A stretch of 64,000 nucleotides of DNA from an uncultured Phycisphaerales bacterium. Lineage in GTDB: Bacteria; Planctomycetota; Phycisphaerae; Tepidisphaerales; Tepidisphaeraceae. This document shows positions 10,628 through 20,003 of this stretch, one piece after another. The stretch's first letter is position 1, and the number at the start of each line of letters is the position of its first letter. Below the pieces are notes generated by a model, which saw nothing but the letters and a program-made list of their open reading frames with translations, was not told where the DNA came from and searched no databases. Where the stretch lies: contig CAVWVQ010000002.1 of the NCBI GenBank assembly GCA_963758525.1, positions 256,001-320,000 on the forward strand, written 5' to 3'. A program made the translations under genes and the position numbers.

Positions 10628-11326
10628 TTACCCGCCGGCTCGCTCCATTGCGTTGGCGGGTTGTGGGGCAGGCCGCGCAGCCACGCCCGCGAAGTTGATC
10701 GACATCGGCGCGAGCTTCAGGAGCGCTCGCGTCTGCTGCACTCGAGCCTCTGCGACTTTGCGGAACCGATTAGTGTCGGCAGCGAGCGCGTCCAACGCCT
10801 TGGCATCCTGCTTTGCTGCCAAGGTCCAGTCGTGATCGCCGTCCGCGGCGATCACTGCCGAGAAGAACCGATGCGCTTCATCGACAAGACCGCCTACCGC
10901 ACACGCGACCGCCGCGTCGAAGCTTGGCCAAAAGCCGTTCGGACGATGGCGAGAATAATGCTCTGCGACTGCGTTCACATCGTTGAACATTTTCCGGTAG
11001 CGGTTCACTTCCCCGGCCGCACGCTCCGACAGTTGATCTGACACGGTGGCGAACTGTGCCTCGTTCTCAATTCCTGCGAAGCTCTCAAGTCGGCCACCTT
11101 CATCGAACGAGAGATAGTTCTTGACCTTCCAAAGCCAGCAGCAACCAACGTTCAGATAGCTGCCCCGAGACCAACCGCTTGGCTGGAATTCAACGACGCA
11201 CAACCACCAGCCGTGATCGTCCAACCACGTACGCGACCTGCCCTTCTGCATAAGCCCCATTGGGCGCAGGATACTCCGTGCAGAACGCGCGATGAGTGTC
11301 GAATGAACTGGTGCTTCCTGCCCCAT
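10628..11326 (-). CDS. Conserved hypothetical cassette protein; native stop probably mutated TAA>CAA at R''
   Basis: GTT-ATG start; KGRSRTWLDDHGWWLCVVEFQPSGWSRGSYLNVG; end gttgtggggcagg (plus strand) mirrors start gttatggggcagg (minus strand). Confidence 0.65.
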   Translation of the reverse strand: MGQEAPVHSTLIARSARSILRPMGLMQKGRSRTWLDDHGWWLCVVEFQPSGWSRGSYLNVGCCWLWKVKNYLSFDEGGRLESFAGIENEAQFATVSDQLSERAAGEVNRYRKMFNDVNAVAEHYSRHRPNGFWPSFDAAVACAVGGLVDEAHRFFSAVIAADGDHDWTLAAKQDAKALDALAADTNRFRKVAEARVQQTRALLKLAPMSINFAGVAARPAPQPANAMERAGG

Positions 11327-11373
11327 AACGAAGAGGACAATCGGTGGCGGCCAACGCGACGCGCCGCGGAACA

Positions 11374-11985
11374 CTATACCAAGGACAAACTTTCGACGCG
11401 ACGCGGGGCCGTCCACAGCATTGGCTGGTTATCGGGCACTTCCGGGCGGCGGGAAGGTACGCAGCTCGGCGCGGAAAGCTTGGCCTTTACGGCCGGACTG
11501 ATCGTGACCAGGTAGTCCGGCAGGGCCGTCACCGCCGGCTTGCCCGGGGACGCGAATGCGCCCGGCTCGTCGTCCCAGTTGATCATGTGCACGACAACGG
11601 ACCATTGCCCGGCCGCCAACGGCATCGCCCGTGTCGACCGCGTCACCTCCCCGGCAACATGCTCGATTCCGCCGACCGCGACCGCCCCGCGGGAGACGAA
11701 GCGGTACGGCTCGGAGGCGAGGAACAGGTATCGCCGCTCTCGCTCCGAAAGCGCAGCCACGCCCGCGCTGCTCAGACGCACCTCTACCTCCGCGACCATG
11801 TCTCGGCCGATGTTGATCGGGACGAAGTCGCCGGCCGAGATGTGCCGTGTTATGTCTGCGTCATCCTCCAGTTCCCGCGCCCACGTTTGGTAGTCATGGA
11901 CCTGCGAAAAGGCTTCCGGCGACCAGAGGGCGTGCATGCCCGCATCGGTCGCGAACGCACCACGCATGGATTCGCTGGTCGGCAT
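11374..11985 (-). CDS. Hypothetical cassette protein (3' end probably frameshifted; native stop near 11429)
   Basis: Bounded by the 12-nt inverted pair gttatcgggcac (11428) and gtgcccgataac (ends 12003). Confidence 0.6.
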   Translation of the reverse strand: MPTSESMRGAFATDAGMHALWSPEAFSQVHDYQTWARELEDDADITRHISAGDFVPINIGRDMVAEVEVRLSSAGVAALSERERRYLFLASEPYRFVSRGAVAVGGIEHVAGEVTRSTRAMPLAAGQWSVVVHMINWDDEPGAFASPGKPAVTALPDYLVTISPAVKAKLSAPSCVPSRRPEVPDNQPMLWTAPRRVESLSLV

Positions 11986-12284
11986 CGTCTTGTGCCCGAT
12001 AACGAAGAGGACTTTATCCAGCGTGCGCCAGCGACGCCGGTACTCGCGACCGCTTGTCGCACGCTGGATAAAGTCTGTTGAACTGAACCGATTTTGGACG
12101 TCAACGCACGGGAGCAATTAGCCCGAAAAACCGCGCGCATACATTATTATAGGGGATTGTATTCATAGCATATTTCCGACAAAAAAGGCGGTGTCGCAAA
12201 CTGATAATCGCTCGTCAGAGAGAAGGCTGCGGCGATGCTTAGAGTACCGAACGCCGGGCGACTGCCCACCGCGCAGCGGTTTAG

Positions 12285-14220
12285 GTGCGCCTGCGAGCGT
12301 ACCAGCATAGAGAGGTGCAAGTCCTCTCCGGGCATAGCGTTCTCCAGCCCGTAACTGAAAGTAACTGCGTGGCCGTGAGGCCAGGTGGAGAGCAACTGGA
12401 GGTGAACGACCAGTCCGAAACACAAGTGAACTCGATTCGGCCTGAAACGGTGACGAGCCTGCCTAAAAGTGGCGAAGTCCAGACCCGCGAGGGAGCGATG
12501 CATCTTTCAAGGGAAGCCCGGTGAGCTGAAGGGTAACGTGCAGAGAGGCGACGAGCCTCTCGTAAAGCGATGCCGGGGCCGTGAGGGTGATTGGAGTCGG
12601 AATGGTTGGAAGTGCTGGTGCGTGAAGCAGGGAGACCTGTTCCGGAAAGCGAACGGAGTTCATACGCCGTAACCAGTCGGCGTCGAAGAGCCGCCGGGGC
12701 AGGAGTCAGAGCGTCCGTAGTAGCGACGAAACGCCTTAACGGGCGTGGAGCCAAGGGACGCAGGAAAGTGGATGCGGGATGAATAGACCAATGGAACAAC
12801 AATCGGCGCGAGTGCCCCGACTCGGGGCTAAGCAAGCCGAAGAATCCCATCGCATCGCGGGCGCAGGCTCGCGATGGGCATGGGCGGAACCATCGGTCTG
12901 GACAGCGCGCATGTTGCAGGCCCTTGAACAAGGGGTCAAAGGAGGCATCTGGTTCAGCCTGATTGATAAAGTCTACAAACGCAGCAACCTCTGGTCGTCA
13001 TGGAGTAAGGTGGCGGCCAACAAGGGAGCGGCAGGCGTGGACCATGTGACGGTGAAGCAGTACGAGCGCCATGTGGAAAAGCACATCGAGCATCTGACGG
13101 AAGAACTGAGGGCCGGGACGTATCGGCCCAAGGCGATCCGCCGGTGCTACATCCCCAAACCCGGCAGCGCCCAGGGGCGACCGCTGGGGATACCGACTGT
13201 GCAGGACCGCGTGGTTCAGGGCGTGCTGCGTCACGTGCTGGAACCGATCTTCGAGAAGGACTTTCACGAGCACAGCTACGGCTTTCGCCCCGGAAGGGGA
13301 TGCAAAGACGCGCTGCGTCACGTGCAGAAACTTTTGGACGACGGATACCGGTACGTGGTAGACGCGGATCTGAAAAGCTACTTTGACACGATCCCGCACC
13401 GGCAGTTAATGGAGCGGGTGAGCCAGAAGGTGGCCGACGGACGAGTGCTGAAACTGATCGAATCATTCCTCACGCAAGGCGTGCTGGAAGGACTGGACCA
13501 GTGGACGCCCGCATCCGGCGCGCCGCAAGGCGCGGTGCTCAGCCCACTGCTGAGTAACGTCTATCTGGACCCGCTGGACCATCTGATGGCCCGGCAGGGA
13601 TTCCAGATGGTGCGCTACGCGGATGACTTTGTGATCCTGTGTCAGAGCCAAGAGGAGGCCGAGCGGGCGCTGGCCGAGGTGCAACGATGGACGGCGCAAG
13701 CCGGTCTGACGCTGCATCCGGAGAAGACACGAATCGTCGATGAGCGACAAAAGGGCTTCGACTTCCTGGGCTATCACTTTGGCCAAGGTCAAAGAGAACC
13801 CCGGAGCAAGAGCCTCAAGAAACTCAAAGACACCATTCGTGAAAAGACCCAACGTCGGAACGGCACTCGAATGGTCTGCATCATCGGCACGGTCAATCAG
13901 ACGCTGCGTGGCTGGTTTGGCTACTTCAAACACAGCCGACGCGAGACGTTCGCTCCGCTGGACGCGTGGATCCGTATGAGGCTGCGAAGCATCTTGCGGC
14001 GACGCCACGGCGGGCGTGGACGTGGCGGTGGTCGTGACCACTACCGCTGGCCCAATGCATACTTTGCCAAGCTGGGACTTTTCTCGCTGTTACAAGCCCA
14101 TCGCTTGGCCTGTCAACCCGCTCGAACGGGAACCCACTGACTGGAGAGCCGGATGCGGGAGAACCGCCAGTCCGGTTCGGCGGGAGGGGAGGCCGGGAAA
14201 CCGGCCTTCCCTACCCCGAT
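12285..14220 (+). mobile_element. Group II intron (ribozyme plus intron-encoded protein)
   Basis: 5' GTGCG at 12285; domain V gagagccggatgcgggagaaccgccagtccggttcgg and domain VI ending ccctaccccgat at 14220; removing it restores the repeat sequence tttag|ttcaac. Confidence 0.92.
12779..14140 (+). CDS. ltrA: Group II intron reverse transcriptase/maturase, no endonuclease domain
   Basis: NKGAAGVD, RPLGIPTVQDRVVQ, SYGFRPGR, DADLKSYFDTI, GAPQGAVLSPLLSNVYL, RYADDF, FDFLG and an X domain (LRGWFGYF). Confidence 0.93.
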   Translation: MNRPMEQQSARVPRLGAKQAEESHRIAGAGSRWAWAEPSVWTARMLQALEQGVKGGIWFSLIDKVYKRSNLWSSWSKVAANKGAAGVDHVTVKQYERHVEKHIEHLTEELRAGTYRPKAIRRCYIPKPGSAQGRPLGIPTVQDRVVQGVLRHVLEPIFEKDFHEHSYGFRPGRGCKDALRHVQKLLDDGYRYVVDADLKSYFDTIPHRQLMERVSQKVADGRVLKLIESFLTQGVLEGLDQWTPASGAPQGAVLSPLLSNVYLDPLDHLMARQGFQMVRYADDFVILCQSQEEAERALAEVQRWTAQAGLTLHPEKTRIVDERQKGFDFLGYHFGQGQREPRSKSLKKLKDTIREKTQRRNGTRMVCIIGTVNQTLRGWFGYFKHSRRETFAPLDAWIRMRLRSILRRRHGGRGRGGGRDHYRWPNAYFAKLGLFSLLQAHRLACQPARTGTH

Positions 14221-14312
14221 TTCAACGGACCAGCATTGAACGGCCGGCCGGGCTTGACCGTTTCTCGAATCACGAGGACCGTTCCGCCCGGCCGGTCCGT
14301 TCCAGTGCTTGG

Positions 14313-14822
14313 TTATCCGGCACCGGCCAGTTCCGCCGGCTCGACAAGCGTGCGCTCCGTCTCAAGGTCATCGTACTGCACGAACGTGAGTGCATGCGGC
14401 TGGAGGCGCTGCAACTCTGCCAGCGAAGCATGCGCATCAGCGGTCAAAGCCGATTGGCGCAACGCCTCGAAGACCCGCCGATCCATTTCTTCATGTGCTC
14501 GCTCGAACGCGTCAGCTTCAGCTTCAGCTTCGGCATCGGGCAACTCGTAATAGAGCGCCTCCAGACACGCCACTTTCACGCCCGCGACGTTCGCGTTCCG
14601 CTTCGGGCGCTCGGGATCCGGCGAGAACCAGATCAAGCCGCTGCCAAAGCGGACGTACGCACGCAGCCGGTCCCATTCCCAATCCGGCTTCGCGCGAACG
14701 AACTCCGCAACGGCACGGGCGACGAGCGGCCACGCCTCGCTCATACGAGCGATGACGTCCGCCCAGTCCGTCACGCGGAGGTCGATGTGCAAGACGCCGT
14801 CTTTGAGCCGTTCGACGTTCAT
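14313..14822 (-). CDS. Hypothetical cassette protein
   Basis: Stop TAA within R'' gtgccggataac; cassette starts gttatccggcacATG. Confidence 0.7.
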   Translation of the reverse strand: MNVERLKDGVLHIDLRVTDWADVIARMSEAWPLVARAVAEFVRAKPDWEWDRLRAYVRFGSGLIWFSPDPERPKRNANVAGVKVACLEALYYELPDAEAEAEADAFERAHEEMDRRVFEALRQSALTADAHASLAELQRLQPHALTFVQYDDLETERTLVEPAELAGAG

Positions 14823-14831
14823 GTGCCGGAT

Positions 14832-15109
14832 AACGAAGAGGACTTTATCCAGCGTGCGCCAGCGACGCCGGTACTCGCGACCGCTTGTCGCACGCTGGAT
14901 AAAGTCTGTTGAACTGAACCGATTTTGGACGTCAACGCACGGGAGCAATTAGCCCGAAAAACCGCGCGCATACATTATTATAGGGGATAGCATATTTCCG
15001 ACAAAAAAGGCGGTGTCGCAAACTGATAATCGCTCGTCAGAGAGAAGGCTGCGGCGATGCTTAGAGTACCGAACACCGGGCGACTGCCCACCGCGCAGCG
15101 GTTTAGTTC
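14832..15109 (-). repeat. Mini-cassette copy 2 (278 bp, 9-bp internal deletion)
   Basis: Near-identical to the other copies but lacks tgtattcat at about 14988. Confidence 0.92.
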
Positions 15110-15200
15110 AACGGACCAACGTTCAATGGCCGGCACCACGCCGACCGGCTTTCAATTTACCAAAACGCCCGACGTGGGGCCGGTCCATTGCAGCGTTTGG

Positions 15201-15464
15201 TTATGCGGCTGGCTCGCGGCGTGACTTTACTCGGACCCAGCACCCGTCATCGACCACCAACGAATGAAGCTTTGAACCGCCGACGGGACGCCGAAAACCG
15301 AAAGAAACCCAACGAAATCCGCGGTCGTCGATTTCACTGATCACAAGCACACGTCCACTATCGATTAACTTTCGGACAACGGCTCGCGTCGATCGCTCCC
15401 GCCATTCAGGCGACACCGCCACCATACGAATGCGATCACCGAGCTTAAGGGGTCGAAGCCGCAT
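15201..15464 (-). CDS. Small hypothetical cassette protein (87 aa)
   Basis: GTT-ATG start, stop in R''; 11-nt inverted pair gttatgcggct. Confidence 0.65.
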   Translation of the reverse strand: MRLRPLKLGDRIRMVAVSPEWRERSTRAVVRKLIDSGRVLVISEIDDRGFRWVSFGFRRPVGGSKLHSLVVDDGCWVRVKSRREPAA

Positions 15465-16038
15465 AACGAAGAGGACTTTATCCAGCGTGCGCCAGCGACG
15501 CCGGTACTCGCGACCGCTTGTCGCACGCTGGATAAAGTCTGTTGAACTGAACCGATTTTGGACGTCAACGCACGGGAGCAATTAGCCCGAAAAACCGCGC
15601 ACACACATTATTATAGGGGATTGTATTCATAGCATATTTCCGACAAAAAAGGCGGTGTCGCAAACTGATAATCGCTCGTCAGAGAGAAGGCTGCGGCGAT
15701 GCTTAGAGTACCGAACACCGGGCGACTGCCCACCGCGCAGCGGTTTAGTTCAACGAAGAGGACTTTATCCAGCGTGCGCCAGCGACGCCGGTACTCGCGA
15801 CCGCTTGTCGCACGCTGGATAAAGTCTGTTGAACTGAACCGATTTTGGACGTCAACGCACGGGAGCAATTAGCCCGAAAAACCGCGCGCACACATTATTA
15901 TAGGGGATTGTATTCATAGCATATTTCCGACAAAAAAGGCGGTGTCGCAAACTGATAATCGCTCGTCAGAGAGAAGGCTGCGGCGATGCTTAGAGTACCG
16001 AACACCGGGCGACTGCCCACCGCGCAGCGGTTTAGTTC
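15465..16038 (-). repeat. Mini-cassette copies 3 and 4, head-to-tail tandem (2 x 287 bp)
   Basis: Junction cggtttagttcaacgaagagg at 15741-15761. Confidence 0.93.
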
Positions 16039-16146
16039 AACGGATGACAATCTGTGGCGGCCAACGCGACGCGCCGAGGAACACTATACCAAGGACAAAC
16101 TTTCGACGCGACGCGGGGCCGTCCACACGTCCACAGCATTGGCTGG

Positions 16147-16494
16147 TTATCCCTGCGGCCGAGTTGCGGGGGTCGGATCATTCACAAATGGTAACCTGAC
16201 TCTGAAGGCGATCGGAGCCGGTGGAGCACTTTCCAAAACAATCCTTCGCAGGTCGGCGAGCGCAGCTTCATCGGCGACCGTACCGAAAACGCCTAGAGAA
16301 CCTTCCTGGCCTGTAAATGTTTCGAGATGCACATCCGTAAACCGCGGATCGCGGTGAAGCTTCTCCGCGAGAATCGGGATGTGATCCGCAGCTGCCCGCA
16401 TATTGATCGCTTGGTGACCGCCGGGAGAGTATGGGTAGTAGATCGCTACTGCTAGCACGACAACGCCGAGGAAGCCGTAGAGCCGCTTTCGCAT
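16147..16494 (-). CDS. Hypothetical membrane-anchored or secreted cassette protein
   Basis: N-terminal hydrophobic stretch; 11-nt inverted pair gttatccctgc. Confidence 0.65.
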   Translation of the reverse strand: MRKRLYGFLGVVVLAVAIYYPYSPGGHQAINMRAAADHIPILAEKLHRDPRFTDVHLETFTGQEGSLGVFGTVADEAALADLRRIVLESAPPAPIAFRVRLPFVNDPTPATRPQG

Positions 16495-16840
16495 GAGCAG
16501 GGATAACGAAGAGGACTTTATCCAGTGTGCGACCAAAGCCGTGGCCAAGCCGAACCGGTTCAACGCACACTGGATAAAGTCTGTTGAACTGAACCGGCCG
16601 TCAGCTATGGGGATTGTATCGAGCTGCCGGAGCGGTGTCTCGCTCGGACTGGTGCGGGGCGCATCCGCGCCGTGAGGTGACGGGTGGGAACGGCTTTCCC
16701 GATCGACTCAACCCGGTTGGAATGTCGTCTGGAATCGCCGTTGGCGGACCGCAATCTCACGATCGGCGCGCACCATCCCCCTTGCCGCCGTGGAGCGGTC
16801 AATTGAACAACCGCGAGGATGGGCGGACGTGGCATGTGCA

Positions 16841-18004
16841 TCAGGAGGAGTCCAATCGGGCGAGGAGTTCGGCCAGTTGAAACGGCCCGAGATTCTCTCC
16901 CGGGAGCAACTGGCCCCGGCCGCACGACGGGCAGCACCGAGGTTTGGACGGGCCGGCGCCGAGCACGCCTGGAGTGCCTTCTTCCGGCTTGGTCACGGCA
17001 ATTGCCAGCAGGCGCCGGCAGTCGATCAGGTTCTGTGTTCTCACACAATTGGCCAATAGCCCGAAGTGGCGGATGCGCACGAAGCCGGAGGGAACCGCGT
17101 GCAGCAGGAACCGGCGGAGGAACTCATCTCTGTCCAGCGTCATCGTGCCTGGCCGGTTCTGGTGGGCGTAGTCTTTGTACGTGAAGGTGACGGTCTGGTC
17201 GTCCATCGCGACAAGCCTTCGGTTGGAGATGGCGATGCGGTGGGTGTAGCGACTGAGGTACTTGAGCACCTGCTCGGGCCCGCCGAACGGTGGCTTGGCG
17301 TAGACGACCCAATCGTGTTTGACGGAGAGATCGAGCAGCCGCTCAAAGCCGTCATCGTCTTCCGCGCCGATCAGCTTGCCGCTCTTGCGTGCGCGTTTGA
17401 GCAGGTCGATGAACTTGCCGCGGAAGACTTTGGAGAGCACGCGCACCGGCAGGAAGAAGCCGGGGCGGCAGCGGATCCATTTGGAGCCGTCGGGTGAGAG
17501 CCCGCCGCCGGGAACCACGCAATGCACGTGAGGATGCAGGCAGAGGTTCTGGCCCCAGGTGTGCAGGATGGACATGAAGCCGATCTTCGCCCCCAGGTGC
17601 TTTGGATTGGCCGCCACCTCCGACAGCGTCTGGCCCACGGCATCGAACAGCACGCCATAGATCACCCGTTTGTTGGCCAGCGCCAGCGCGTTGAACGTGT
17701 CGGGAAGCGTAAAGACCACGTGGAAGTATTCGATCGGCAGCAGTTCTTCTGCGCGATCTGCCATCCACCGCGCGCAGGCGGACGCCTGGCACTTGGGGCA
17801 GTGCCGGTTGCGGCAGGAGTTGTAAGCGACACGCCGGTAGTGGCAGTGATCGCACGTCTCGACATGGCCGCCCAATGCGGCGGTGCGGCAGGAGACAATG
17901 GCGCAGGATCCGCTGCTGCGCGCCGCTGAGGTTCTCAAGCCGATGGCCGTGACGTTCGATGACATCCGCCAGTTCCAGCGCGGGCGCTGGAACGGTGGCG
18001 TCAT
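16841..18004 (-). CDS. IS91-family (Y2) transposase with N-terminal zinc-binding domain; two compensating frameshifts near the 5' end
   Basis: CRTAALGGH, CDHC, YNSCRNRHCPKC, YFHVVFTLP, LHTWGQ..HPHVHC (HUH), YLSRY (YxxxY) and RIRHFGLLAN. Confidence 0.88.
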   Translation of the reverse strand: MTPPFQRPRWNWRMSSNVTAIGLRTSAARSSGSCAIVSCRTAALGGHVETCDHCHYRRVAYNSCRNRHCPKCQASACARWMADRAEELLPIEYFHVVFTLPDTFNALALANKRVIYGVLFDAVGQTLSEVAANPKHLGAKIGFMSILHTWGQNLCLHPHVHCVVPGGGLSPDGSKWIRCRPGFFLPVRVLSKVFRGKFIDLLKRARKSGKLIGAEDDDGFERLLDLSVKHDWVVYAKPPFGGPEQVLKYLSRYTHRIAISNRRLVAMDDQTVTFTYKDYAHQNRPGTMTLDRDEFLRRFLLHAVPSGFVRIRHFGLLANCVRTQNLIDCRRLLAIAVTKPEEGTPGVLGAGPSKPRCCPSCGRGQLLPGENLGPFQLAELLARLDSS

Positions 18005-18868
18005 GTCGTTGCGGCGACTGCCTGTGGCGCGTAAAGCAGATCCAGCGGACTTGCAGCAGCGCTCAACTTGGCCTGCGGAGACGTGCAGGTAGATTGCCGT
18101 GGTCTTGATGTTGCGGTGTCCCAGCAGCACCTGGATCGTCCGCAGGTCGGTGCCCGCATCCAGCAGATGCGTGGCATAGCTGTGACGCAGCGTGTGCGGA
18201 CTGACCGGCCGCGTGATGCCCGCGCGGCGGGCGAACCGCTGCACGATCCGGCAACCTCCTCCGCCATCCTGATGGCGGGTGGGATCATCCGACTGGGGGA
18301 AGAGCCACTCGGCCGGACGCGCCTGCTTCCAGTAGTCGCGCAGCACCGCCAGCAGTTGCGGGGAGAGCTTGGCCATCTGAGCCTTGCTCCCCTTGCCGTC
18401 GCGAACGTGGATCAGCATCCGCGAACTATCGATATCCCCCGGCTTCAGCGCCAGCGCCTCGGAGATGCGCAGCCCCGCGCCGTAGAGCGTCATCATCAAT
18501 GCCTGGTGCCTGGGCTCATTGGCCGCAACCTCGAAAAGCCGGCGCAGCTCATCGGGCGAGAGGACCATGGGGAGCCGTTTGGGCCGCTTGGCGCAGGGGA
18601 GCTTCTCGAACCACTCGTCGCGCCCAAGCGTCACGCGGTAGAAGAACTGAAGGGCGCAGCGCGTCTGGTTGTAGAGGCTCCAGCTCACCTTCCGTTCCTT
18701 CACCATGTACAGCAGGTACTGGCGTACCTGTTCGCCGCTGAGTTGCTCGGGCGAACGGCCATAGTGTCTGGAGAAGTGAGCCACCGCCCGCACATAGGCT
18801 TCCACCGTGTGCGGCGAGAAGTTGCGCAGCTGAATGTCCTCGATCAGTCGTTGCCGAAGTGCCGTCAT
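18001..18868 (-). CDS. Tyrosine recombinase (phage-integrase family, SAM-like N-terminus); frameshift near 18075
   Basis: YGAGLRISE, DGKG, HTLRHSYATHLL, LLGH, TTAIY; AGGAG RBS; the typical C-terminus QAKLSAAASPLDLL lies in another frame and ends at 18001, overlapping the transposase ATG. Confidence 0.88.
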
Positions 18869-19056
18869 CAAATCGCTCCTTGTAAGAGAAGCGATCCATG
18901 ATGCCGGGCACCGATCAACGGTACGATTTTGCGGGCAGTGCAGAAATGAAGGTTACGTCTGTCCCCACCGCGCAGCGGTTTAGTTCAACAGACGCGACGC
19001 GGGCCGGTCCACAGCAGCGGCTGGTTATCCGGCACGCCGGGACGCCGCGACTGAAG

Positions 19057-19602
19057 TCACCCCTCCGGCACCACCATACCAAGCGTGGACAATTCGTCCG
19101 CCTCGACGCTCAACCGGAGTTGCCGATTGAACGTTTGGCCATCCTCGCGCACATCGCCGGCGAACACGAGGAAATTGTCCGGCAGCGCGAGGTCGGCGAA
19201 GTCGCCGGACCGACTTCGGGCCGCGTGCGTGACGGAACGTGAAACACGACCGACGAGTTCTTCGTTCGCGGTCATTACTGCTTGCCATTCCGAGTGCGGT
19301 GCGCCTGCGAGCGATGCCGACAGCCTCTCGTAGTAGGGCTCCATAGCTTCGCAGACAGGCTTCAAGACATCCCAGTGCCACTCGGCCGGTGCCCACCGAA
19401 CGCCTTCATCCGTCAGCATGCTCTCGGCGTTGACACCGAAGATGGGTGCCGAGATGACGGTGTAGTCGCAGTAAAGAATCCAGAAGGCGCCGGCGTAGAA
19501 AGTCTCGCCCGGGTTTTGGCGCAGCAGATCGGCAAGCCCGCGGTGGATCTCAATGGGCCACTGCGACTCTATTTGGTTGAGAAGGGCGCGGTGACGGTCC
19601 AT
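19057..19602 (-). CDS. DUF4303-like protein (cassette gene)
   Basis: ETFYAGAFW and VRWAPAEW motifs; 12-nt inverted pair gttatccggcac. Confidence 0.6.
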   Translation of the reverse strand: MDRHRALLNQIESQWPIEIHRGLADLLRQNPGETFYAGAFWILYCDYTVISAPIFGVNAESMLTDEGVRWAPAEWHWDVLKPVCEAMEPYYERLSASLAGAPHSEWQAVMTANEELVGRVSRSVTHAARSRSGDFADLALPDNFLVFAGDVREDGQTFNRQLRLSVEADELSTLGMVVPEG

Positions 19603-19616
19603 TTGTTGTGCCGGAT

Positions 19617-19903
19617 AACGAAGAGGACTTTATCCAGCGTGCGCCAGCGACGCCGGTACTCGCGACCGCTTGTCGCACGCTGGATAAAGTCTGTTGAACT
19701 GAACCGATTTTGGACGTCAACGCACGGGAGCAATTAGCCCGAAAAACCGCGCGCATACATTATTATAGGGGATTGTATTCATAGCATATTTCCGACAAAA
19801 AAGGCGGTGTCGCAAACTGATAATCGCTCGTCAGAGAGAAGGCTGCGGCGATGCTTAGAGTACCGAACACCGGGCGCCTGCCCACCGCGCAGCGGTTTAG
19901 TTC
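19617..19903 (-). repeat. Mini-cassette copy 5 (287 bp)
   Basis: Near-identical repeat. Confidence 0.93.
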
Positions 19904-20003
19904 AACGGATAACAATCTCTGGCGGGTCACGCGACGCGCCAGGGCACGTTGGACTAAAGACAAACTATCGACGCGACGCGGACCCGTCCAGAGCATTGTT
20001 TGG

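Larger units (their letters stand above)
12001..14223 (-). repeat. 287-bp mini-cassette copy 1, interrupted by a group II intron
   Basis: 12001-12284 plus 14221-14223 reconstitute the 287-bp unit. Confidence 0.9.
16505..18986 (-). mobile_element. IS91-like element (tyrosine recombinase plus Y2 HUH transposase) with cassette-like ends
   Basis: Same termini as the 287-bp repeat: aacgaagaggactttatccag...ctggataaagtctgttgaactgaaccg and cccaccgcgcagcggtttagttc(aac). Confidence 0.85.

Noticed and set aside
12779..14140. Retron, DGR or defence reverse transcriptase
   Set aside because: Clear group II intron boundaries, domains V/VI and a maturase domain; no template/variable repeat pair seen
18001..18868. 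Integron integrase intI
   Set aside because: No IntI-specific insertion visible; it is coupled to an IS91-type transposase and lies inside the array
16841..18871. Genuine 676-aa recombinase-transposase fusion
   Set aside because: The typical recombinase C-terminus and transposase N-terminus lie in other frames with an ATGA overlap at 18001-18004; the fusion results from frameshifts (error or decay, which I cannot distinguish)
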